This document shows, piece after piece, positions 12,396 through 22,636 of a DNA stretch of 38,864 bases (its first letter is position 1; the number at the start of each line of letters is the position of its first letter). Both the position numbers and the translations under genes were made by a program. The notes below the pieces were generated by a model. It was not told the DNA's origin. It saw nothing but the letters and a program-made list of their open reading frames with translations, and made no database searches. Location: contig JAVECS010000028.1 of the NCBI GenBank assembly GCA_051942165.1, positions 1 to 38,864 of the forward strand. The letters run 5' to 3'. This stretch comes from Circinaria calcarea. Its lineage: Eukaryota.

Positions 12396-13247
12396 ATGTC
12401 TTCAAATTCCATACGCTATTCTTCTTCTCATCAAACTCCATCTTCAGACAATAACTTACGCGGCATTACCTATCTTAACAAAGAGGCAGCAATGGCAGAG
12501 GAGGAGAATTATCTTAGTGACGGAGACGAGCAAGATCTCTTGACTCTTGTAGATGGGATGACTAGCAGTCCGCAAAAGCCCTCCACTATTGTTACTCCTT
12601 CCCATTCATCCCCACCGAAGCTACAATGGAATCCGCCAACTTTCTACAAGCCAGGTCAACCATTCTCGTCATCCACAATGGCAGCCGTACCTATGCCTAC
12701 TCCACCCAAATCGTATTCCAAGCCAATGTTACCTACATATCCGCCTCACGTTTTAGCCGTTGACGGCAAAGGTAATCCAGTCCCATTCGCTCGCCCAGCC
12801 TTTCCTGATCCCGTTCGCGATCGCTCTCCTATCCTTGGTCTCTCCCGTTCCGTGGCACTCCGAACGTGCTTCCGCATCGGCGAAGCTCTCAACGCCGCAT
12901 CGTCCGCATTCCAAAACAGCATTGATATTGTAATAGAGCTTTACGCGCGGATCACATACTCGAAAAGAGATGGCAATGGGTTGAAACGATATTTTCAATT
13001 TGCAGACATGTTTCGCGGTGAACTTCCGCCATTCTTGAACGGGTCTTATGATGTTTGGAAAGGCTCTGATTTATGGGAACTCGACTCTAGCGAACTCCTC
13101 GGTGAAAATGGTAAAGGCCAGATCGCGAGGGCAGTGGGAAGGATCAAGAGGGACGAGAACACCAAGACGTGGAAAATGACAACTTTGAGCATCTGGAAAG
13201 CCAATTGGGACGACGTTGGTTATGCCAAAGGTGTTGTCTGCGCTTGA
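12396..13247 (+). CDS. SPATA22-like (RPA2-like OB-fold) meiotic ssDNA-binding protein; C-terminal domain open, original N-terminus (from ~11816) damaged
   Basis: LRTCFRIGEAL..IELYARITYS..KRYFQFAD..LWELDS..GQIARAVGRIK..TTLSIWKANWDD aligns by eye with the recalled SPATA22 OB fold (LRIISAVIES..FEVLAVL..KTFLMRD..FYEIDR..GRVHRCVGNY..CVSVRPAS). The upstream frame from ATG 11816 has stops at 11885, 11954 and 11966, an intron at 12045-12112, and a frame change before 12396. Confidence 0.6.
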   Translation: MSSNSIRYSSSHQTPSSDNNLRGITYLNKEAAMAEEENYLSDGDEQDLLTLVDGMTSSPQKPSTIVTPSHSSPPKLQWNPPTFYKPGQPFSSSTMAAVPMPTPPKSYSKPMLPTYPPHVLAVDGKGNPVPFARPAFPDPVRDRSPILGLSRSVALRTCFRIGEALNAASSAFQNSIDIVIELYARITYSKRDGNGLKRYFQFADMFRGELPPFLNGSYDVWKGSDLWELDSSELLGENGKGQIARAVGRIKRDENTKTWKMTTLSIWKANWDDVGYAKGVVCA

Positions 13248-14989
13248 AGCAGACTTACGAAGCAGACCTGTCGAGCAGAAAGGGAGAGCTGGCTGGAGGA
13301 GGACTAACGTATTGCTATACATCTTGCTACTAGCCCCAGGACTTACTAACCATAACAGCTACTAATGTGTAGCTTAGTATAACTTTCAGAAATGGTTTGC
13401 TGGCCAACAGGCTTTGGGTAAGCGCCAGGGAAGATCTCTAGTTCTATAGCTTCATTGATATACTAGCCTATCTCCTTAACGCAGAAGTTCTTGCAAGCTT
13501 CCGTCTCATTTTCTTTATCGTGCTCATCCACCCGTGAAACGACCCAGTTAAATTAAAGCGGACACCTGCATGTTTTGTATGTATAAGTCAGGCAGCATTA
13601 CAAAGCCTTAAAGGTATCTTCATCATTATCGTTAAAAACCTGGTCTCTTCTAGTGTGCACCTGGTGCTACCTATATCCAACCATCTCCCACTAGTAGCGA
13701 CTCTCGCTTTGTAAAATTAGATATAGTCGGAGGAGCAGCCTAAGGCAACACTTTCAGAGCACTAGTGTGATACTTTTCAGCGCTCTTAGAATTACTTTTG
13801 GAGTAACATCCGGCTCTCTTCGATCCGCCATCGCCCACTCCTCCGAGGGGTGGCCATATGCACGAATGAATTGGTGCATCTACTAGGCTCTACTCTACTG
13901 GCGCCTGATGATTGGCACATGTCTACAGATCTATTCAGGATCCACATCGCAGCTTCTTATGAGCTTCAACATACTCCTATTATTTAAATCTAAGAATCTA
14001 TACTTTTTTTTTTAAACGTAACCTGCAGTTTGTTTGTCATTCATAAATTAGGCATGAACACAACCTACCCCTCACCTTATTTGTGACGTGAACACCGAGT
14101 TCGTCCTTTATTATATAACATCACTCCTCCTTCGCCATTGTTGTCCTTAAATCTCTGTATTCTCCTTCATCTAGAACTACATCTGTTACTGTAGGCTTGA
14201 CTGCTCTGGGATTTTCGCTTTACAGCGCCCGAAAACGTTTTCTACAATAGATTCCTTGCGTGCTCTGTGAGTAGCATAGCTTCTTGTAGAGTCAAAATAA
14301 CAAGAACGCCCAGCAAAAAAGCTGACTAAAACTCCAGTCTCCATGTTACAGCCCTATGTTCGCAGCCAGCGGTTGCGGTCGGACCGACTTTGACTGCATT
14401 TGCAACAACAATTGGGGCTTTTAGCAAAACTTGTTATGTTAGTGTAATGTGAGCCTAGGCGCGGAATAACTTTAGCCCTAGCCAATACATACCCTGTATG
14501 GAAAGCGCCCCTGGCTTAGCTTTACGTAGCTCCGTTGTACTTCCATAATGGAGCTATGTTATATTAGTGAACGTTTCTGACCAATACCATGGCCAAGATT
14601 TTGTGCCAGCATGGTAGGCCTGCCACCTTGGCCTTACTATATCAGGCTTAAGGTCTCGGCGCCGGGCTCCCCGTACATAACATACCTCTTACAAAACTTT
14701 GCTAAAAAGCCCCAAATGTTTTCAACAGCAGCATCGGTGCTTGCCAGGGAGCCTCATGCAATAACGTTGACCTTCAGGGTACGTTTTTTAACTAACCCGC
14801 ACCACCTTTTCTTCGCACACCAGCCCCCACTTCCCTAGTCTCCATCGTCTGCGCTCCCGTCGCCAGTACCCGCTATCCGACTCGATACTCCGATACCCCC
14901 ACTTGCGCCGCACCACCGGGAAGTCAACTACCCCCCTCCATACCTTGCTTGCTACCACAAACCCATAAACTCTTTCTCTCTACCTTACC

Positions 14990-15780
14990 ACCCCGTTACT
15001 CGCTCGCCCCGTCCCCTTCCAATTCGGCCTTACCTTACAACCTAAAGTTCACACTATCCCATCTAATCCCCCGTACTTTCCAGAACCACCGCACCTCCAC
15101 CGCCCTCGTCGCTAGCGGCAGCGACCCCCAGGACGTCAAATGCGCTTGCATCAACCCAGGGTATCTGAATGTGCACGGACTCCGTGTCCAGGCTGTGTTG
15201 TAACGACACAAATCGTGCTAGCGACTCACTGATAAGTAATCTCCGCCCTTCTTCCCCCTTCCGGGGAATGCAGACCCCCGAAATATAGAAAAAGATATCT
15301 CCCATGTGCTGGTTACTGGCGTATTGCCAAACGAAAGCCAGCCGAAAAGAATATATACCTTTCCACCTCATTCCCCTGCTTCGCCTTCCACCTTTTCCCT
15401 CCTCTCCCCATATCCCATCTTCCAACCGCTAACCCCCAATCCCTCTGCAATCTTCTAGTCTTCACATCCGTCTCCCTCGCCACCGGCGCCCCCGTCGGCG
15501 ACTCTGGCCCTTACAACGCCTCCCAGATTGGCGGTTACCTAAAGTATATGATTCAGAACGGAAGGGCGCCGAGTGTGCCGTTGTTGAGTGTTTCTGCTTC
15601 TGCTTCTGCTACCGCTACTTCTGCAACTCCGGTGACGTCTACGGGGGAGCCGCTGCCGACGTTCAAAGGTGGGGCGGGGGGGGAGGGGAGGGGGTAGGTA
15701 AGATGGTGCAACTCCCGAATTTAGCAATCAGCGGCAGCGTTGCTTGCCTAGCCATTTGGGCAATGGTAAACACTGCGATT
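14990..15780 (+). pseudogene. Degenerate CFEM-like, Ser/Thr-rich, possibly GPI-anchored protein
   Basis: TALVASGSDPQDVKCACINPGYL(frameshift)CTDSVSRLCC resembles CFEM Cys spacing with the first Cys residues lost. It is followed by SASASATATSATPVTST and a hydrophobic tail (LAISGSVACLAIWAMV). Stops and frameshifts present. Confidence 0.4.
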
Positions 15781-16370
15781 TGTTTGGATCCCCAGCCTGA
15801 GGGTAGGATAGAGGAGGAGATCTTTGGGAAGGAGGGCGTATTAGGAGGATTGGTGAACATGGGATTTGGATCTGTATTGACATTGGGTGCGATTCTGAGC
15901 TATGTCACTGAGCCCTAAGGTTCAAAGATCTTGATTAGAGTGTGAACTTTTGCACCTTGGACGGAAGATTAGCTCGATGGTCGATGCTTGTTCCTTCTAT
16001 TTGACTTCACGAGACTAAATTCCACGCCGGCTAAAGCAAAACTGTAGATCCGACCCTAGTGCTCCTCTTTTTCCATGTGGTAGAGCCGAGATAGCTAGAT
16101 AGCTAGATTGCTCATGTGCTCCATGCCCCTTCCGCCAGGGTCAATGAAGCCACTATGTCCCATGTGGGTGGATCCAATCGAGTTGCTGCATATTCTTCGA
16201 ATTTTTCTTGATCGACCGTAAGCCAAGCTCTCGGGAATGAAGTGGTTGCAAAATACATGCGTTAATGATACGTATATAAGAAGCTTCAGAGTATCATTCT
16301 CGGAAAAGGGATTCCCAGGACTATCGGAATGCTGGGCAGCTCGAGGGGTCGAAAGCATTAGAAGGACGAC

Positions 16371-17580
16371 TTAATCCTCGTCAGTCTCCGTTTCTTCGGG
16401 ATCGCGAGCTCGATCGGTGAAAACTCTGTTCAACAGGTGAGCAAGAGGAATGGGGCCGTCACGTGGAAGCTATTGACTTACAGGTGGCTTTCGTAAAACT
16501 TTAGCATCTAGCGATCGTGCAGTTAGATTTGACCATGATTTGATCAAGTGTACCAAGGAGTAACGTACCCGCTGCGGACATGCAACATAGACAGTTGACA
16601 GCTTCGCCTTTGAGACGTACCACGAGCCTGTTTCGTCCTTTGCCGCCCAGACTAGATAGGCATACTTTTCGTCGCCTATGCCAGCAGTCATCTCGATGCT
16701 CATCACATCGTTTTCCCATGCTCCTGGTGTGACAGGCGGTGGCATCCAGGCATCAGCGATGACCGGATCCTCATCGTCCTCGACCTCAACCTCCTCTTTC
16801 TTCTTTCGTCCCGGCCTTCCTCTCTTAGCGGATGTTGCCGTCTTTTGCTTCTTCAAAGCAATATCGGGCGTGTCAGAGGTATCGGGCGTGTCAGAGGTAT
16901 CTGGCGCATCGGCTTCGGGTTTCGTAATGCTTTTGCGCCCGCGTTTTTTTGTAGATTTCACACCTGGTTCACCACCGATCTTATCCCAGTACTCTTGGAG
17001 TAGTTCTCGTGCTCCCCTGTGGAGATATTAGTCAAATGAACCTTAGACCTCGAGGGATTCCTAAGGGTTGGAAGGAAAAACGTGGATAATGTACTCACTC
17101 TAAATTCTCCTTTACTTCCCAGGTGAGATCCACCTTACTGTCGTAACCAAGCCACTTGATCTGATAACGTGGCACTTTCTTTGGTTCGACATGTCAGTCT
17201 TGTCTGAAAGGGTATTGAACTTCACAGAGACTATCTTACATCGTCCCATTCGAGGTTGTGACCAAGGATCTTCTCGACAGTGTAGCTGCATTTTCTCTTC
17301 AGTGTCCATTTCACCCAAGTACACCATCCGTATTTACACCTTTTCTTCTTCGTCTTTACCCTCATCTGACGCCAAACTCAGCGCGTCTGTTTCGGCTTCC
17401 GCATCATCTTTGACTGCTTTGCCCGTTGTCTTCTTGCCTTTGGCATTACGTGGCGGGATCTCTATCATCTCTATCTCCTCGGACGACGCTTCGCTCTCAC
17501 TTAGTGCCGCTAAACGCACCATATATGAGCAAATTGCGCACCAACAGCTTCGGACCGTTTAGAGTTGACTTACGAGGCAT
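16371..17580 (-). CDS. Heterochromatin protein 1 (HP1/Swi6-like), chromo + chromoshadow domains, 277 aa
   Basis: Seven exons 17580-17574, 17509-17338, 17285-17240, 17178-17099, 17016-16569, 16507-16482 and 16425-16371 total 834 nt in frame. Protein: MPPALSES..VYTVEKILGH..YQIKWLGYD..TWEVKENLEGARELLQEYW (aromatic cage Y/W/Y), basic hinge, then WENDVMSIE..AYLVW..VYVACPQRMLKFYESHLVF. Confidence 0.92.
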
Positions 17581-18017
17581 CTCGTAGGAAGTTCGGCGAT
17601 CTCAGCTGCTTTGCGATTAGAAAGTTCGAAGAAAGCTCGAGGCTGTCAATTTGAAGGAACTGAGCCAACTCGATAATGGGCGTAACTATCAGCTGCTTGT
17701 CGGTGACTTGGGGGAATCTTGAGGTAGTTGGGCGCAAAGTGGGAAGAAGAATCACGCATTGTACGGAATAGCGTCACGGAAATCAAAGTTCAGCCTTATC
17801 AACTTCAACGCGTCAAAACGAGGCTAAGACGAATTAGGTCGCAAGCCTTGGTTTGATATCTTTGTGGAAATAACGCACCTGCATCGTACAATGACTGTAA
17901 AGCTTCTGAGACTTCTACCTGCTTTCCTTATGACACTTTACTTTCTTTTCTCGTTCGCAACTCATCACTCCACGGGGCCTGTGGTAAATCTTGTCTGAAG
18001 AGGCTACCCTCCAAAGA

Positions 18018-18360
18018 TGGCGATGCGTATGTACAATTCATATGCTATTTATTACCTTCCTGGAAGGAATGGTTTTGAGCTGACAGTAGTGATATGGCAG
18101 AAATTAATATGTCAAATGGTATGACTCGAGAACTCATTCACGAAGTAAAGGATTGTGCAGCTGAGATCGTCTGTATAGTACATGTAATGAAAGATGAACA
18201 AGGACGGCTTTTTATCGTGTTTGGGGAGTATGTTGGATCACTGTAAACTAACTTTGCATTCCAGAAAAGGCGAAATGTAACAGCCAAATGGGTGGAGATG
18301 CTAATAGTGGAACTTTCAAGCCAGGGGCATAAAAGAGATTACGCGGAAATAATGCGGTGA
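18018..18360 (+). CDS. Small spliced ORF divergent from HP1 (hypothetical; weak chromoshadow-like similarity)
   Basis: ATGGCGATGC|GTATGT..GCTGAC..CAG and a second GTATGT intron give MAMQINMSNGMTRELIHEVKDCAAEIVCIVHVMKDEQGRLFIVFG(D)QGHKRDYAEIMR. The 3' end is uncertain. Confidence 0.3.
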
Positions 18361-18486
18361 AATCACATATCCTTGCTGCAAGAAGGTAGTCAATATAATT
18401 CGGACGTCACTGGTAGGATATGTCTTTGCTATTGATGGTTATTGCCTTGCTTGTCTCCGAAATCTGGAGAGCAAATTTTCAAGGTA

Positions 18487-18653
18487 TTCCTTAAACCGTT
18501 GCTCAGGCGGACAGAACCGTGCACGCTATACTAGTAGGGGGAGGTTTTAATCCCCCGCATACATTACTCTGTAAATGGGCATTATTTCTCCGCTGATTGG
18601 CCAGAACTAAGGATTTATCAATGCCCGGAACCCCCGAGCAACGGTTTAAGGGA
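18487..18653. mobile_element. MITE, 167 bp, ~21-bp TIRs with TA target-site duplication (Tc1/mariner-type)
   Basis: Left TA|TTCCTTAAACCGTTGCTCAGG. Reverse complement of right end TA|TCCCTTAAACCGTTGCTCGGG. The 16-bp core CCTTAAACCGTTGCTC is perfect. TA at 18485-86 and 18654-55. Confidence 0.85.
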
Positions 18654-18699
18654 TAGCTTATACCAACCAAGCATGCCTACCGCGGAAGGTAGCATTATA

Positions 18700-20520
18700 T
18701 ATAAATAGATTCAAATATACAAGCAACTGCTTATCATCGCACCATATATCGAGAAGGTTTATTAACAAGCTATCCCATCCGGTCCATAGCCGTTCGAAAT
18801 GCTACTTGATATCTTCAATTGGCCAAATAAAGGAAAGATATCAATCACGCCCCGAGGTGCTTTTCTTCATGTCCTGGACAGAGGCGAGGGTCTGGCCATT
18901 AAAAATCAACGCATTAAAGAAATCGACAATCATAGTGTTGGGGCCATATGAGGGCACCTTGGGGACTTCGACCATGACGGGTGTGTAATGCATAGACGAA
19001 TGACGAGTTATTGGCCTCGTCTGGTGGGAAGAAGATAGTCGGCTTCTTCAAACAATGCGCTCTCTTTCCGAGCACTGAATTTGAGGTCGTAAACACTCGA
19101 GCTGGCCTTGCTGCATTGATTAGATTGACCCAGTTGCTCATTTTATGAAATGTTAAAGTATCTTAGTACGCATTGGGGCAGGGAATATCCAATATCTTCT
19201 TCATTTTACTCAACATTGCTGTCAACGATCGCCGATCCCCTAATCTATCGAATAGCTGCATCTCAATTACTAATAATCATGCCATAACTAATGTCTCTTA
19301 ACAGATACCTATCCTAAAATGTTAAGGCTTCGATTATATCGCGGTCTAAGATATCAGAGTACTTGTCACGAATGAAGTTGAATAAGAAATCTTCCTTATA
19401 TTCCACTCTGCAGTGAAGGACCTTGGCGAAGATCTCCGTTACCAACAGCGCCAGGTTACTATTGTATTTCCAACAACGCAAATCTGAATTCCATACTGCA
19501 CGATCCGCACCGTCCTTGGTCTTTCTCGGCTTGGTACTCAATAGTTGGCGTCTCGTTGGTAGCATCAATAGAACGGGTAAGCGAAGGGTCGCCTGTAGTA
19601 TACCTATGGAAGTACTCGGTGGTAGATTACAATATCTTTGAGAGTGGGATCGATTGTATGTTATCAGTTATTTGATATAGTGGGGCCTGATAGGAATTTT
19701 GAGAGTTCATCGTGTATTTGGATCTCAAGTAGATGCTTTGATAGATGAATCACAACTTTGGCAAGGGCCAATAGTACTTGACGTACCATGATGGAGTGAT
19801 TAGGAATATGAGCTTTAATGAGCCTCGATTTGAAATTCGAATTGACTTAGATCGACCTAGATACAGATTGCTAGTCGGTAAGAAAGTGAGAAATCTTTTA
19901 GAATAGAGGACTTAACTTAATGAAACTTCATAATGGATTGGATACCGCCTACTGGGTGGTCTCACGGTCAGCTTGTGGGGATATTCGGAGCTGAAATTTA
20001 GTGAGATAATCGTATTATCATCGAAACGAGAGGAGATGCTCTAGGGATTGTGATAGGATGTATACGACTTAGCAGAAGGCTAAAGGTTGTAGGTTCTAAA
20101 CTACTTGGATGGTGAAGAAGTAGTGAAATTCTAAGTTAGTAAACTGCTTGATTGCAACAGAGAGGTATCCGTTTTCTTATACCTCTTAATCTTACATACT
20201 GATAGATATTCATGCCAAGGTGAGGCATGATCCTCTTCCTCAGCGATGCGTGATCTACTCAGCAGCGAACGAAGAATCTCTAGTTCCGTATCAGCTGTCC
20301 CTTTCGATTTTTGTAGGTGATGCACTTGTGCACGACGTTGCTTTGTTTGCAACCCATGTTTGTTCGTAGTTTGCTTTGAACTTGTTGTGCTGCTTTTTAG
20401 ATGCTCCTCGACCGATTGTTTTGATCGGCATAGCTTATTGATTTCATCGCGGAATCATTATCATTCGATAACATTTTGGTCGATTGCATCTTGCTTTGCC
20501 CTTACTTAATATCAACTGCT
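18700..20520 (-). pseudogene. Decayed multi-exon gene of unknown function
   Basis: Protein-like segments in minus frames (ELEILRSLLSRS..PWHEYLS|GTATGT; WKYNSNLALLVTEIFAKVL..DIIEALTF*; VDFFNALIFNGQTL..FIWPIEDIK*HFERLW) with splice signals and many TAA/TAG/TGA stops. Family not recognised. Confidence 0.4.
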
Positions 20521-22636
20521 CTTGGCGCTGAGGGAAGGAGGAAGGCGTGGAAATCGGATACTGATGGAGAACAAAGGAAAGGGGATCTGATCAAACCTAA
20601 GATAAAAGTATTCCTAATAATGAAAGAGGAGGGAAATCGGAGTAAAGGCACAGTGAACATTGAGAAGTACGAGGGTAAATATATAGCGAGAACACATAAA
20701 GAAGAGTGGGTTAAGGAAGTCGGAGGAAGAAAGGTCGGCAGAAATAATCTCAGGGGAAAGGAGTTAGAGGGACGACAAGATTGATGAAGAATATTTAATA
20801 TCGAGAGCTTTCGATTTATCTAATACTACATTCGTTCCCGATTGTTGCGACCACTAATATGAGATCTCTGTTTTAAAAGTGAGGTATTGCGTCGCTCTCA
20901 GTAAGAAATGCTGCGCTTTATGGAAAAGGCGACGTCCACCAACATAACCAATTATATGAATCGACGCAACGAAAGATGTTTATTACCGTGTAGAACTGGC
21001 CCAACATATATTTCGTCGTGAAGATGGATGCTAAGCCATCATGGTTGGTTTCTTCATTATGGAGAAGAGTCGCGCAAAACCTGACAACCGATTGCTTGAG
21101 ATATTTGGCTTTATAGAGTAACTGCACCGTCAAAAGCATCGAGACGTATATTCTCTCGGAGCTCTCACTATTATCCCTATCCACGCTCCCTATCCAAACC
21201 GCTGTTGAACTGATAGACGTGGAAATCTTGTACTGCCGTGAACTCAGACCGTGTGTCTGTTATGGGTCTCTCAGGTTTACTTTGGTTGCAAGGGTATTAG
21301 TCGTTAGCACCACGCTAAAGCCACTAATTATTACTAATCTAACTGGTGGAGAACGAGGGTCTAGCTATATTATGCTGCAATTAGGCGATTACGAATAGTG
21401 ATCACGAAAAGCTTATTTGAACGAAATACCAAACGAATATTTGGCATGCATGTGATCGTGGCAAATAACGTATTAGGTATGGTTCAAGGATAGGGAAAAT
21501 TGCGTTACAGGCATAAATTTCACGTATTCCCCACATGTATTCTAGATTCTTCAGTAGTAACAATAATGAATACCGATTCGCACTATATATTCAACATATT
21601 ATGCATCGATCTACTATTGCCACGCTAACGACTATTACCCATTCGATGCAGGCTAACGGTGAGTAAGCGATGAAGCTAGTCTCAGTTAGGAAGCGCTAGT
21701 ACCTGTTGCCACTTCTCGGCTTGGGTCATGCTCGCATCACAAGAGAATTTGTACGCGGAATCCTTTGGAGTCGGATCGTCCCTCGCTGTCCTTCGGCGCC
21801 TTTACAGCTATACGATAGTATCGCCTCGCGCAGTTTGGCTTCAGTGCGGAAAGACGACTTGCGAGGGAGATTTGGATCGAGGTCAAGGTCAAGGTCGAGC
21901 ACGGAGGAGGACTAGAGTTCTCCTTGTTTTTCTTTCCTTTCCCTAGCGAGGGAGGGGGAGCTTCATATTTACAACAGGGGGGGGAGCCTAGGAAACTTAT
22001 GGTATGTCCAAAAGCTGTTGGGTATTCGGTATAGTTTTGAAAGGATGAAGGGGGACGGATGGAGAGAGAGAGAGGGTGAGAAACAGCTAGAGGATGGGTA
22101 GCATTTGAGCACATGTTTTCTGTTCGGGAAGAGGGGCTGTGGTATGTAGAGCGAGTTATTTATTAGCTTTCCTCTTGATTTCTTTCTTTCTTTCTTCCAG
22201 CATCGAAAAAGGGGGCAGGGTTTGCGTTGCGGCTATGGGGGGTAGGTAGGGGTATGCTATAGCTCTCTCCGAACCTCCTGTCCCTTCTCAACAAGAGGTA
22301 TAAATGACTGCCCACTGGCAATTCCCTTTCCTCCTTGTTCCGAATTGAGCGTTCCACGCCGTTACATTTGCGCAACAAAAATGTGTATAGCAAGCATGAG
22401 CCGGAAGCTATGCACCTGTCACGATATATCTTTTGTATCCCGCACCCCATTCGATTCTAACCTGCTGCGCACTAAACACCGTGTATCTCTCCCTTTTCTC
22501 CCCTAAAGTGTCCTTGATGCTGCGGTTTCGGGGGACCAAAGGGGCCAGCAGAAGGCTGTTCAAACGCTTAGACGTCAAGCAGCATGTTCTCCTCGAAGGG
22601 GTTGGCGACTGATCTTTCGTTAGTCGCAATCGGGTA

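Noticed and set aside
14344..14590. Possible solo LTR beginning TGTTACA
   Set aside because: No matching CA end with a target-site duplication found.
18700..20520. SPO11, MEI4 or MAT-locus gene assignment
   Set aside because: No diagnostic motifs (Spo11 RDIYY/TOPRIM, Mei4 N-terminal AIIxxKP, alpha-box, HMG) found in the frames I read.
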